Shown here in pieces: positions 1-11,899 of a DNA stretch of 64,000 nucleotides (positions within the stretch are counted from its first letter, which is position 1; each line of letters begins with the position of its first letter). The position numbers were made by a program, and so were the translations under genes. Source of the stretch: Piedraia hortae CBS 480.64 (Eukaryota); assembly GCA_010093745.1 (NCBI GenBank), contig MU005957.1, positions 124,001-188,000 on the forward strand, given 5' to 3'. Below the pieces are notes generated by a model. The model saw only the letters and a list, made by a program, of their open reading frames with translations, made no database searches and was not told the origin of the DNA.

Positions 1-2
1 CC

Positions 3-2252
3 AAGTACGATGCCGACCGCAGCAGGACGGGAGGAAGTTCGTGGGGAGCGGCACGTCCCAAGGGAAATCCATATGCCGCGCAAGCCGCCTATCCACGTCC
101 TCCGCGCCGGACACAGCCCGGCCAGTGGGATCGATCGGGAGAGAGGCCATCGACGAATCCGTGGTCTTCCTACCCAGACAAGAACCGCGGGCGGCCACCC
201 CCTCCACCACGAGATCCGGCCCAGGACAGAACCAACATGTTCAAGGCGTGGCAGAACATGAACAGCGCAAGAGACCGTCAGCAGCAGCCCAGCGCTTCTT
301 TTCGTCCGCCACCGCCGCCACGACCGTCCCGAGCCGACCACAACATGCCCAGTGAAGAGGAAATCAGAGCCGGAATGAATTACCGCAGACCGCCTACCAG
401 CGACTCTGCCGAAGCCCGACGGACGGCCTGGGCAAATGCGCAGCCGCAACGCAGCAATACCACCAAGACGCCGCGGAAACAGGGCTTCGATCCTAAGCAG
501 CCCGGATCTGATGAGCGGCCGGCACCGGCGACGCCATCTGCTTACTCGTATGTGCGTCGTTCGACGGACCAGGAACGACCTCCGCCCGCTGCTCCACCGC
601 CAGGTCCTCCCCCGCAACGCCCTCCTAGAAGTTACAAACCGCCACACCTGTCCACGCCACAACCGGAAAAGGCCAAGGCTCCCTCGACCAGCGAAGGCGA
701 AGTTCCTTTTGCCGAAGGCAATCGTATTCGAACGCCATACTCTTCCTTTATCGGAGAAAAGACGCCGTTCCAACGGACGCCAAGCTATCAACGGCCTTCA
801 AGCACGTCCCGTGCTGCCACCGAGCATCCAGTTAATGGGGGCGTTCCCCGGGCGCAGAGCCATAGCCCCACAACTAAGAGTTCTGAAAAACAGTCTCCTT
901 GGGTGGACGACGCCAGCAGCACCAGCAGCGAGCAATCTCCAAACGATGATAAATCGGAGGAAGAAGAATCATCAGAGAGTGACAAACCTGATGAAAGACA
1001 GTCAAGGCCAGCACAACGACCGATCAAAGTCCCTACGCCGCTTGCTAAGCGGTTTCCTGCATCTGGTCAGCAGCAGCCGTCGGGGGGCAATGGAAGCACT
1101 ACGCCGATATTCTCATTTCCATATCAGCACTCGTACGATCCCAATGCTAAGAGCAGGAGTGAGGAATCAGTTAACACACACTTTGCCCCTTCTGGGTGGA
1201 GCGGCAAATTCCAGGGAGCCTCGGGCCATGGATATTTCCGTGCTCCATCTTCGCCGTCCAAGAGACAGAGACCGTTTACCCCGACCGGCTCTACCATACG
1301 GGAGACTAGTCCTATCAAACCTCAATTTACTACTCCTGCCAATCCTGCCAAGAGGTTCGACCAGAAAGAATGGCAAGACACGATACAAAACCAGAATCTG
1401 TTCGGCGGGTCCGTTCCAGAAACCACGGCAGCAAAGATGGACCAGCAACAGCCTCACGTTATGGACGAGGGTCAAGCTGCTGCCGTCGAAGGCCGATCAA
1501 CACCCGAAGCCGATAAAATGGACATTGATCCTCCTAGAGAACCCTCTCGTGAACCTCCCCAACAAAAGCAGCCAAGACTGTACTCTGTCCCACCATCAAC
1601 TTGGCGTCTCAGCCAACAGCATACCAACGGTCTCAGCCAGCCAAAGGAGGAAGAGGAGGAGGATACTCTCAAGACAAGTCTCCAAGACCTGGGAAATGTG
1701 CACCCTCTCCAACCCCAAACTGATTCAACCAACGGGCTAGGCGACATGTCTGAGTTATCCTCCACCCTACCCTTTGAATCGCGCGCCTCATCACAAGTAC
1801 CCCTCACCACCAATGAATCTAACGACGACGGAGCACGCCAAACCGCCGAGGACCTCATCCGAACCATGCCCCTACCACCCACAGCCCCTCAGATGCTGAC
1901 ACGCGACTTGTGGAAGTCCCACGTCCGCAACTTTGCCCATTACATTTCCCGCTACCATCTCTTCAACAGACATATGCTCGAGTACTTTGCCTCGCGCGAG
2001 CAGCACGTCGGGAACACCTACTGCGCCCAAGGCGTAGAGGGCATCGAAACCTGGCTCGAAGCCAGCGGGGATACTCTAGGCGGAACCAGCTCCCCGCGCG
2101 GTTTCGAAGCGTACGCGAAAATTACAAATCAAAACGAGACGGCAAGGGAGGCATGGGCATTGGCGGCCGAGAAGCATCGTCTTGCGCTGGAGAATTTCAC
2201 GAATTTGAGAGAAAGGGTGAAGAAGCTGGGTGAGAGGGGGGTTTTAAAGTGA
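3..2252 (+). CDS. J-domain (DnaJ) protein, 5'-truncated by window edge; long P/S/Q-rich disordered region and helical C-terminus
   Basis: The frame of ORF 237..2252 stays open back to position 3 and reads KYDADRSR..., which resembles the end of a J-domain (..R.KYD). The HPD motif itself lies outside the window. Confidence 0.6.
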   Translation, partial: KYDADRSRTGGSSWGAARPKGNPYAAQAAYPRPPRRTQPGQWDRSGERPSTNPWSSYPDKNRGRPPPPPRDPAQDRTNMFKAWQNMNSARDRQQQPSASFRPPPPPRPSRADHNMPSEEEIRAGMNYRRPPTSDSAEARRTAWANAQPQRSNTTKTPRKQGFDPKQPGSDERPAPATPSAYSYVRRSTDQERPPPAAPPPGPPPQRPPRSYKPPHLSTPQPEKAKAPSTSEGEVPFAEGNRIRTPYSSFIGEKTPFQRTPSYQRPSSTSRAATEHPVNGGVPRAQSHSPTTKSSEKQSPWVDDASSTSSEQSPNDDKSEEEESSESDKPDERQSRPAQRPIKVPTPLAKRFPASGQQQPSGGNGSTTPIFSFPYQHSYDPNAKSRSEESVNTHFAPSGWSGKFQGASGHGYFRAPSSPSKRQRPFTPTGSTIRETSPIKPQFTTPANPAKRFDQKEWQDTIQNQNLFGGSVPETTAAKMDQQQPHVMDEGQAAAVEGRSTPEADKMDIDPPREPSREPPQQKQPRLYSVPPSTWRLSQQHTNGLSQPKEEEEEDTLKTSLQDLGNVHPLQPQTDSTNGLGDMSELSSTLPFESRASSQVPLTTNESNDDGARQTAEDLIRTMPLPPTAPQMLTRDLWKSHVRNFAHYISRYHLFNRHMLEYFASREQHVGNTYCAQGVEGIETWLEASGDTLGGTSSPRGFEAYAKITNQNETAREAWALAAEKHRLALENFTNLRERVKKLGERGVLK

Positions 2253-2498
2253 ATGTTGCTTACGAGGATACGATTAGATTATTATTCTCTTCTCTGTGGG
2301 AGCTTTGAATGTGAAAATCAAGGCAGAGGATTAGGAATGATCGTCGAGCCTGGTAGACTTCTGTAATGAAATGGATTCCTACACTCGTGAGAATCATCAG
2401 TCTGAACTCCAAAGGTTTGAATGTGGGGAATGTCTTCCGCTAAACTCTAAGTTCACCTCTAAGTTCCAGGCCGACACGACCTCACCTCATCAATTGCA

Positions 2499-2930
2499 AT
2501 GTCATTTCAAACTTTCCGCGCCGGCCTCCCCCCACCATCAACCGCCTTCGCCATCGCCATCGGACTAGTGGATATTACGATCTTCGGTATCGCGGGCCTA
2601 GCGAACCCACGGGAGTTTGGGAATGCATATGGGTTGCCTCTTGGGCGGGAGCATGACAACCAACAAGATGAATCCGCCCAGAAAAAAGGCTACATCCTCG
2701 CGCTCGCGTCGCGGAACATCCAGAATGGGGTGTTGTTGCTAACCCTGGGGTGTTATCTTCGTGACAGGAGGGCTCTGGGCGCTAGTGTGGCTGTCATGGC
2801 AATTTCGGCGGTGGCGGATGCGTGGATTGTGGGTAAATTTGGGGTAAAGGAGATGGTGTGGGGTCATGTTTTTGGGTTTTGTACGGCTGTTGGGGGTGGG
2901 GGGTGGTTGTTGAGGGGTTTGATTTCCTAG
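2499..2930 (+). CDS. Small multi-pass membrane protein, DUF4267-like
   Basis: 143 aa with ~4 hydrophobic helices. The 'P...(A)YGLP', 'RNI..G' and 'D A WIV...H' pattern is typical of DUF4267. Confidence 0.7.
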   Translation: MSFQTFRAGLPPPSTAFAIAIGLVDITIFGIAGLANPREFGNAYGLPLGREHDNQQDESAQKKGYILALASRNIQNGVLLLTLGCYLRDRRALGASVAVMAISAVADAWIVGKFGVKEMVWGHVFGFCTAVGGGGWLLRGLIS

Positions 2931-4877
2931 ATCAGTTGGTTGGGAGGTGCGTTGTGAATAGGTGATGGGTGTTTCGTTACTCTTTCGATCTTCCGCCTTC
3001 TCTGCAAGGGGAAAGGGTTGCTCGTTTGTTTGGGGTTTACGTTGCGTCTCTTGTGAGTTGCAGAGAGGAAGATTGCACTTGTTTCACGTTCCCTTTGCCT
3101 CTAGGGTGTTCTGCTTGCTGGGTTTGAATTTGTTACTTGTAGGTAATTCTCAGGGCTTTCAAGGCCATTGTATCCCACCCGGCAAGCTCGCTTGCTCTGT
3201 ACATTGCCTGCAGATTCGAATTTGCTTCTCGCAAACATTCCTCCACCTTATTAGCCCTTCATCTTCCCCACGGCCTTAGGAGATTTCCAATGAGGTTGGT
3301 GTGCACCCAGTCAACCGTCCAACCTCTTCCTTTACTCTCTACGGAGGATGACAGTATACATACATATACTCCTTCAACAATCACACCCTCCGAAGATATT
3401 CTCAGGCCATTGGCATGAACAGCTTACCCAACAGCGCACCATCCTTCACCTGTAACGCTGGTCCTCAAAATGTATCTGATGCAGGGAAAAATCTTTCCCG
3501 GGAACTCTCTAAGCCGAGCAAGACCGTTACAATGCTGTTCTGCCTCCTGCACAGCAATAAACGGAGCAGCTGCCTTCACAGTGACAGAGTTGGGCGATAC
3601 CACAGTCGTCTGCTGGCGGGGCGGATGGTCCTTCGGGCCAGGACGCTCGTAGCAAAAGGGTATTCACGATATCTTGGTTAATGGCGTTGAAGGACATGCT
3701 ACGCCGGCGTGCTATGACGACCAGCAACGCCAAGGCAGCTAGACTGGAGGGAAAGTTTGGTTTTGTACGCACAAGCACACTGGAGTTCCTGCCGTCAGCG
3801 ACCAATCTTATTTGGCCCATACTGGTTGGGATGCATTCTTTGACAAACACACCCCTCCGGCAATCCACACCAGGAGAAAACGCCGTGAATGATATTCTGC
3901 CTTGCATCGTCGTGCACAAGGAAAAACCACCTCAATCGTCCGCACGAGCCAGTCGAGTGAAATGGACAACCTGCTACTGGTATTTCTCCGCGTGGCGAGA
4001 AAACCGTTTATCATGGGATCTTAGTCTCGCACTCGCACATATACCGCTCAGAGCACAGCGACATCTTACGGTGTGGCGAAAGGCTTACTTACATGCCAAG
4101 GCCATTAGAAAAAACGCGGATTGTAGTCTCACACTCGCACATATGCCGCTCCGGGTAGATGACTGGTCTATTGCTGGTTCTCCGTGTGGCTAGATTGCAA
4201 AGCCAGGGTTGCTAAGAAGAAAACCGATTTTGGGTCTGAACGCGCTCGCACAACAGTTTCCTAGATCGCGGGGTTATCTTATGGGTCTCGAGCCCGGCGT
4301 TGCAGGACGGTGGAGCGCGCTCTGTTGCGTAAGTGATAGTACTCACTGGAAGGAAAGCGTATTGTTCTCCTGCGGAGAAGCGTGCTAGGATTCACTTAGG
4401 TTCGACGCTAAGCAAATTCGCTGGAGAGTGAGGGTATGAGCTGTTTGACTATTGAGCTTAGCAGTTGTCATGTTACATATATACGATTTTCCTGGCGGGT
4501 ATGGATCACAGCTTCTTCAAGCAGTGCATTGTCAGTTGATATGGGCAGCCAGTTTACTCGTCGTCTTGTGCTCCTGGGTCTGCATGTCATCATGGTGGCC
4601 GTCAACGCAGAGCAGACAGAGTTCCTATGCTGCATCTCACATCTTCATTAGGCCTCTTTCGGGCGCTGGACAGACCTTGACGGAGGTATGGGTTGAGTAT
4701 GATGAGGACAGTAATCATGTTATCTTCCGCCAAGACTTCACGTGCACCACAACCAGCAAATTTGATGACTCAGCATGGATCACTTAACAGCCCTATCACC
4801 AAGCTAAAATTCACAAGAAAAAGCAATGAGAGCGAATATCCGAGTTAGCCTCATTCTAGACACACCGATCCACCCAT

Positions 4878-5744
4878 CTAATACTCAAACCCCTTCTCCC
4901 TCTTCGTATCGCCCTTCTTCACACTGGCAGTAGCAATATCAACAACAACCTGCGGGCAATATCTCTGCAGAAACTCTTTCCTAATCTCCCGCGCCATTTC
5001 GCCCAAGCAACTATGTTTCTTCATCATCATGTTGCGGTCCACAGGGAAAAGTAACTTGCACGTGGGACATTTCATCATTTCGATGTCATTGTAGTTGCTG
5101 GTCCTAGATCGAGGGGAGTTACCGGGGTAATCCTGATGGTGGCCGCTGTGCGGAGGAGGGTAGAATCTCGCTCTGTGAGGTGTATTTATGCCGTCACGGT
5201 GAGAGTTGCTTCTGTAGCACGGAGGTGGCACTGTCGAGTTTCGTCCCGGTGTGTTGCGGTCTTCATCAATTCCTATGTCAGACCTCGTACGACGAGGGGT
5301 GTTGCGGTCTTCGTGACTGCTGTCATGTCCACGACCACATCGAGGTGTTTCATAGTGTTCACGAGAGACGCTCTCATCTCGGTACTTGTAGCGGGGGGCA
5401 TATACCCTGTCATAATAACTCCGCTCCCGACGATGGTCTTCTCTGTTAGCTCTTCCATGGAAAGGATTATCTCGACGACTGTCCCTGTTAGTACGACTTC
5501 CATTCGACTCATGCCTATGCCTTTCAGCAAGAAGGCGATCATACTGACTCCTCTTCTTCGGATCCGAGAGGACTTCATAAGCTTCACCGACTTCTTTGAA
5601 GAGTTCTGCTGCGGAAGTATCGGGGTTCTTGTCTGGATGAAATTGTAGTGCTTTGGCTTTGTACGCTTTGCGAATTTCCTCTTGCGTGGGACGTTTGCCT
5701 GCGATGTCCTTCAGGCCGAGGAGGGAGTAGTATGATTTGGTCAT
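4878..5744 (-). CDS. J-domain protein (class C) with R/H/D-rich tail
   Basis: The N-terminus YYSLLGL...[20 protein letters not shown]...[21 protein letters not shown] is a complete J-domain with HPD. The ORF is intronless, 288 aa. Confidence 0.85.
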   Translation of the reverse strand: MTKSYYSLLGLKDIAGKRPTQEEIRKAYKAKALQFHPDKNPDTSAAELFKEVGEAYEVLSDPKKRSQYDRLLAERHRHESNGSRTNRDSRRDNPFHGRANREDHRRERSYYDRVYAPRYKYRDESVSREHYETPRCGRGHDSSHEDRNTPRRTRSDIGIDEDRNTPGRNSTVPPPCYRSNSHRDGINTPHRARFYPPPHSGHHQDYPGNSPRSRTSNYNDIEMMKCPTCKLLFPVDRNMMMKKHSCLGEMAREIRKEFLQRYCPQVVVDIATASVKKGDTKREKGFEY

Positions 5745-6302
5745 GGTCGGATTCCAAGTTTGGATGGAAGAAAGGGGGTTGGTTTTGTGCTGTATTTATC
5801 GGAGAAAAGATATGGAATAATTCGCGTAACACAGTGGTATTGGATGTATTGTTTCCTTGTTCCATTGAGGAAAAGGGGGGAAAGAAAGAAAAGAGACAAT
5901 GGTCTTCTTTCTTTCTAATAGCTTTGTATTCGTCTTTTCCTCAGGAAATGTTTAGGCTTGGCAATGGTGTTAGAAGCTGGCAGGTTTGCTGGGAGTAATG
6001 CCAAGGAGCGCGACAACTTCATCCTTCACTGTTTGCGAACATGTGCACATATTCATTGTCAGTCACTGAGACGTAAAGTGACACAGTGATTGTCTTCGGG
6101 CGTAGTGAACATATCAACCCTCTGTACCACAAGCACGGCCATTGTTGTACAAGAGGCATGGTGAACAAAACCAATGTCGTTCATGAACGTGGTTGTTGTG
6201 TGCCATCTGCGCGAAATCTTACGATTTGCATTCCCTACTAGGTAGTAAACAGTGTATACAGTGTCCTTCTCATTCCACCCACAGGAAAACCATGGATGAA
6301 GA

Positions 6303-7573
6303 TCAAGCCTGCGGCGCAAATCCCAATCTTGGCTGGTCCTGCGTCATGTCAAAGACAGCATACACGGCCTTCAAGAATATATCACCGAAAATGTTAAAAT
6401 CGCGTTGCTGACTAGGCTGGATGCCGCCAAAGCACATTCCCTGACCAACCGGACTATAGGTAAGAAGGTATCCAGGAACGGAAATGGTCTGCGACCCTAT
6501 TTGTATGTTGAAAGCCGGTAGCTGTCGCGAATCGCAAGGCACGATGTAGCCTCCTTGAGATCTGTCATAACGAGCACCGGGTGCTTGGTTGTAGTACGCA
6601 TTTGCTATGCCCTGCGGGACAAAGAGGAGGGTGGTGCCGGTATCGGCCACGGCTTTACCGATCCTCCCTTGAAGACGACCGTTGCCAACACTAAAGGAGC
6701 CCGCATCGAAGGTCCACAAGCCCCGCGAGGCATCAACCGGGACATAGACAATCTCGCCTCGGAATTTGGACCTGTTCAGGAACCTGATTTGTTGTCAGTG
6801 GCTTGCTCCTGACACCAAAAAAACAATCGTACACACCCAAAGTCATAGCTGCCTGGAGAGTTGTGCTTGAGCGTGGCCGTGAATAGTCTTTGTGGGATTG
6901 AGTCCTTGACATTGTCGAAGAAGGTTTTTTGTTGCTGCGGCTTTACTGTATTCATGTTGTTGAAGCCTAGGCCCACGATGCCGTCATATTTCTCATGTAC
7001 AACAAACGACTGTGAGATGGAAGTAGCAGCCTGGACCGCTTGGTTGGTCACAGTCGCTCCGCCGACAACAACCTTGTCGGAGTATACAATCCCAGCTGCA
7101 CCTGACCCATCAGCGTAGCTGATGCCCCAACTATGATTTTGTAGCGGCTGACCACTTTTACTGGGGTTATATGCCGTGTGGTTTCCGATGAGATTTCCAG
7201 GCAATTGGGCGGAAAAGACCCAAAGATCCGCACTGCCAGTGTCGATATTCATATCGAAACTGTCTTGGCCAATTGTAATGGTGCAGGTGTAGGAGGTCTC
7301 GTAATCTTCAGGTCTAGCTTCAACAGAGGCATTTGCCCAAGTCTCCGCAACGCGTTGAACAAGGTATGGTCTTTTTCCGCTGCTTCCAAACCAGGCATAC
7401 TTGTTGTATGTCCTGAGTACCTCTGCTGGACCGTTTCTGAGTCGCTGGCCGTATTCAACTTGCCGCAAGCTGATGCCCTTGCTGCTGCAGTCAGCTAAAA
7501 TGCCGCTCATAGGCGCAGCGTGGATGGTTATGGCCGAGGCCACCAGGGCCATCATAGAAGAGACAGAATACAT
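6303..7573 (-). CDS. Secreted pepsin-like aspartic protease (A1, aspergillopepsin/penicillopepsin type), paralogue 1
   Basis: Signal peptide and propeptide, catalytic DTGS and DTGT, flap ISYADGS, C-terminal IFGDIFLK...LGFA. One GT-AG intron at 6784-6836 splits the Gly codon of YDFG and restores the frame (FGFLNRSKFRGEI). Confidence 0.95.
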
Positions 7574-8339
7574 GATAGGAACCGGATTAAACAGAAGAAA
7601 TGCAATGGGCGACCTGTCGCTGAAGAATTGAGAACAATCCCCTTGGCTCTACTTTACATCTTGCCACTCTAGATCCATGACCCCGCCACGTCATCGCTGC
7701 TTCACCACGCGAGTACGCATTTAGTAGGTAACAGGGTTAGGTGGTCTGCCATGGCCATCTGCCCATTCACTAATCCTTAAGCCATCTGTCCGGAAAACAC
7801 CTCTTACGTGCCGACCAATTGTCATGTCAAGAGAAGGACGACCGAACGTAGCAAATCTTTGATCTAGTGAACTGGCTCTTGGAACGGTCGCTGTTGACGG
7901 GATTGCTTTGGCCCCATCCGGTTACAGATGTTGTTCCTGCGCAAGTTTCGGTTACCGGGAATGCGGGGTGTGGGGAACACGCATGCGCTATACGTTGCTC
8001 CTGCGCCATGGACATGGTTGTGCTTGTGCTTGTGCTGGATCAACAACCAGTCCAAACCTCATCCTATTGCCGTTTCAAATACTCAACGTAGGAAAAGCGC
8101 AATGCAGAGGCCGACTCGACATCTCGAGCAGACACCTTACTATGAAACTGCGCAATGATTAGGGTGAATATATGCGCGATAAACATACAATTAACACAGC
8201 ATTGAACTTCAATCAGGAACGCGCAGCATCTCACGCAAGGTGTATGGAGTCGGGGTAAATAAAGAACAGCAGCGGCATATGCAGTTAAATCGCTACAAGA
8301 CTAGAATTCTAGTATCCAATGTCTCAACCCTCAAGTCCC

Positions 8340-9600
8340 CTATGCCTGCTGCGCAAAACCCAGACGAGGCTTACCCTGCGTCATATCAAAGACGGTATAA
8401 ACAGCCTTGAGGAAGATATCGCCAAAAATGTTGAGATCTTGCTGCTGACTGGGCTGGATGCCACCGAAGCAGGTGCCCTGGCCAGCTGTAGCGAAGTTGA
8501 TGATGTTTCCGGGGACGGTGATGGTCTTCGCGCCGATTTGGATGTTGAAAGGAGGGAGCTGCGTGTTGCAGGGAAACGTATAACCGCCTTGGGAGCCATC
8601 CATGCTGGCTCCATTCACCTGGCTGTAGTATGCACTTGCAACATTCTCTGGGACGTAGAGGAGAGTAGTGCCCGTATCAGCAATGGCTTTACCAATGTTT
8701 CCCTGGAGCTGGCCATTGCCAACGCTGAATGCACCAGCATCAAATTCCCAGAAGCCTCGCGAGGGATCGACGGGGACGTAGCCGATGTCGCCCTTGTACT
8801 TGGACTTGTCGATATAACTGTGTCTCGTGTAAGTGCTGGCTTGTTTATTGATGGAAGGTCACAAACCCAAAGTCATAGCTTCCCGGAGCTTTGTGCTTGA
8901 GCGTAGCGGTGAAAAGCTTCTGGGGGAGCGAATCCTTGATGGTGTCAAAGAATGTTTTCTGTTGCTTGGGCCTAATGTTATTGATGCTGCTGAATGCCAG
9001 ACCGACGAGGCCATCACAGTGTTCAGACTTGGCAAACGAGTCAGATATAGAAGTAGCAGCTTCGACGGCCTGCCTGGTTGCCGTTGCACCACCGATCTGG
9101 ACCTTGTCGGCATAAACAAGTCCTGATGCACCGGACCCATCTGCGTAGCTAATCTGCCAAGTGCTGCCTTGCATTTGCTGCCCACCCTGGTTGACGTCGT
9201 AAACACCATGGCCATTGGTCGTGCTGGACGGCATGAGCGTGGAGAAGACCCAAAGGTCAGAGCTGCCGGTATCGAAGTTGAGATGCAGTTTTGCGTTGCC
9301 GACTGTAACTGGGCAGAGATAGGAAGATTCGTTGTCGTCGGGATTGGCTGCAACAGAGCCGTTGTGCAAAGCATCTGCGGCGATTCGGACCAGCATGGGC
9401 GGCTTGTTATCATCGTCGACCTTTGCGTACTGGTGGTACTTGTAGTACGTCTTCAGCACTTCGGCCGGGCCGTTCTTGATGCGTTTGCCGGCCTCGACTT
9501 GCGGAACATGAATGCCGTTGCTCAACGTGTTGGTGATCGCTGGTGCAGCCAGGGCCGAGGCCGCAAAGACCATAGCAAGAGAAAACGAAGGCATGATCAA
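8340..9600 (-). CDS. Secreted pepsin-like aspartic protease (A1), paralogue 2
   Basis: Signal peptide, FDTGSSDLW and IADTGTTLL. An intron at 8818-8866 lies in YDFG (spliced: FGYIDKSKYKGDI). Confidence 0.95.
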
Positions 9601-10640
9601 ATGAGTGACTCTCGTAAGGGTGCTTAAAAAAACGAACGGCGCACTTCCAAACGAGCAGAGAGCCAGCTCTACTTATATCGACCTTCCCAGCGCTCCTCGG
9701 TTGAGATTCTACTTTTGGAAGCTTCTAATCGATCCTCCACATAATGATCTGCTTGAGTAGCCTCCCTGCCAAAGGAAATGCTCCCGTCGCTTTATGCATT
9801 AGTCAGGAAATTCTTTGGACAGCTGGCCCAACGGAAAATTAATGGCGTAGCGATTGAAACCGACTGCTACTAATTGAGCGGGCAAAACACTGTCTGGTCT
9901 CCTTCAGCTTAACAACATCTTCACCGAGCAATGTAAATTGATTACCCCTATACGAACCTTCAAGAGACCTAGATGGGGCGATCATAGTACGGAAGTTTGG
10001 ATCACATTGGTCTTGTTGACAAGTTGTTCTGGACCCTGGTGTTTCGAAACGGATCTGGGCTCTTTCGGCCCCCTTTGGCGCCATCAATTCGGGGCGCAAT
10101 TCGCTCGCAAATCTGGGGAAGAAAGAGCTTGTCCGTTTGCACGGCAAAGAGCCGAAGGGGGACGCGGCGTGTCATTTGAATGCCTGACGCCTATCCGTGT
10201 CTGAGCTCTAATCCGCGGTAAGGATTATGACTCGGACTGGTATTGGGAACTTGTCAGTGCCACTCGTCAATGTGGTCGACCATATGATGGTCATTTTCAT
10301 CCAGGAAGTCTCTTGTCCTGCGAATTCGGCGGGAAACTGGAGGAAAGCAGTGAGTTGACGTTGCGAAAGCAATGTCATTCCGCCGAGGTACACTTTTTCC
10401 AGCAGCAGTTGGACCCACATACACAACTCAAAGCCACCCACAGGCCTTGACATCACGTAAACTGGACGGATTACCACAATAATCTACATTGAATTTAAAG
10501 GCTAACATGCACGATGGGAACAACTTCAAAAAACCTTCCCAACCATTAACGCAATCAATTTCTACATACTAACAAAAACGTACTACCAATTACCCAAAGT
10601 CCCTTTACTGCACCCACTATACCCCCCCCTCCACCACAAT

Positions 10641-11899
10641 CTACGCCTGCGGAGCGAATCCCAACCGGGGCCTATCCTGGGTCATATCAAAGACAGCATA
10701 AACCGCCTTGAGGAAGATATCCCCAAAAATATTAAGCGTTTGCTTGCTAGGCTGAATCCCACCGAAGCACATCCCATTCCCATGCGGAGCATAATTGATC
10801 AGTTCCCCAGAAATGCTGATTGTCTGGGAACCAATCTGGACATTGAAGGGTGGAAGCTGCGAGCTGCAAGGGAAGATATACCCACCTTGACTCTTATCGT
10901 AGCGCGCACCGCTGACCTGTCCATAATACGCGCTGGCTGCGTTCTGGGGGACGAACATGAGCGTAGTGCCGGTATCAGCAATAGCCTTTCCGATTTTGCC
11001 TGAAGAATGTCCGTTGCCAACGCTGAATGCTCCGGCGTCGAATGCCCAGAAACCTTGTGAGTCGTCAACGGGAACGTACTGGATCTGGCCTTTGTACCTG
11101 GAGTGGTCGAGGTGTCTGGGCTCGCTGTTAGCTTTGTTTTACTCTTCTGTTGAGGTAAATCTTACCCAAAATCAAAGCTACCCGGAGCCTTATGCCTCAG
11201 AGCGCAAGCAAAGAGCTTCTGAGGAAGCGAGTCCTTGATAGTGTCGAAGAAAGTCAACTGCCTCTTTGGCTTCACGGTGTTGATGCTGCTGAAAGCCAAC
11301 CCGACCAATCCATCATTATTCTTGCGGGAAGCGAAATGACTGGAAACGGAGGTCGCCGCCTCGACAGCCTGCCTCGTGGCCGTGACACCTCCAATGGTGA
11401 CTTTATCTGCGAAGACATCCCCCGAGGCTCCAGACCCATCCGCGTAGCCAATCTTCCAGGTGTGGCCCTGCAGTTTCTGTCCGCCACTGCTTGGGTTATA
11501 CAGTCTGTGGTCTTTGGAGGTACTGGATGGCAACTGCGACGAAAAGACCCAGAGATCCGAGCTTCCGGTATCGAAGTCGAGATGAAGGGTCGAGCCGGAA
11601 CCAAGAGTAACAGGGCACAAGTAGCTGGATTCATGGGCCTCTGGATCAGCCTCAACCGAGCCTGAAGATGCGGCGCGGACGATGTATTCAGGAGCTTTGG
11701 CACCCAGGTGGGAATACTTGTTGTAAGCCCTTAGCACATCGGAGGGGCCATGCTTGTAGACTTTGCCGGCTTCGATTTGCTGGACTGAGAAGCTATAGAG
11801 CGTGGCGTTGTTACTGGCGCTACCGCTGTTGTTCAACGGGACAGCTAATGCGAGCGATGCAGAGGCCACCAGGGTTAGAGCGGCAGAGAAAGAAGGCAT
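10641..11899 (-). CDS. Secreted pepsin-like aspartic protease (A1), paralogue 3
   Basis: Signal peptide, FDTGSSDLW and IADTGTT. An intron at 11116-11165 (GTAAG...CTAAC...CAG) lies in FDFG (spliced: FGHLDHSRYKGQI). Confidence 0.95.

Noticed and set aside
436..1740. 434-aa overlapping ORF in an alternative + frame
   Set aside because: It is R/L-rich, has no motif and lies wholly within the P/S/Q-rich CDS, so it is most simply a codon-composition shadow.
2960..4790. Several 60-170 aa ORFs between the DUF4267-like and J-domain genes
   Set aside because: No recognisable motif or consistent exon structure.
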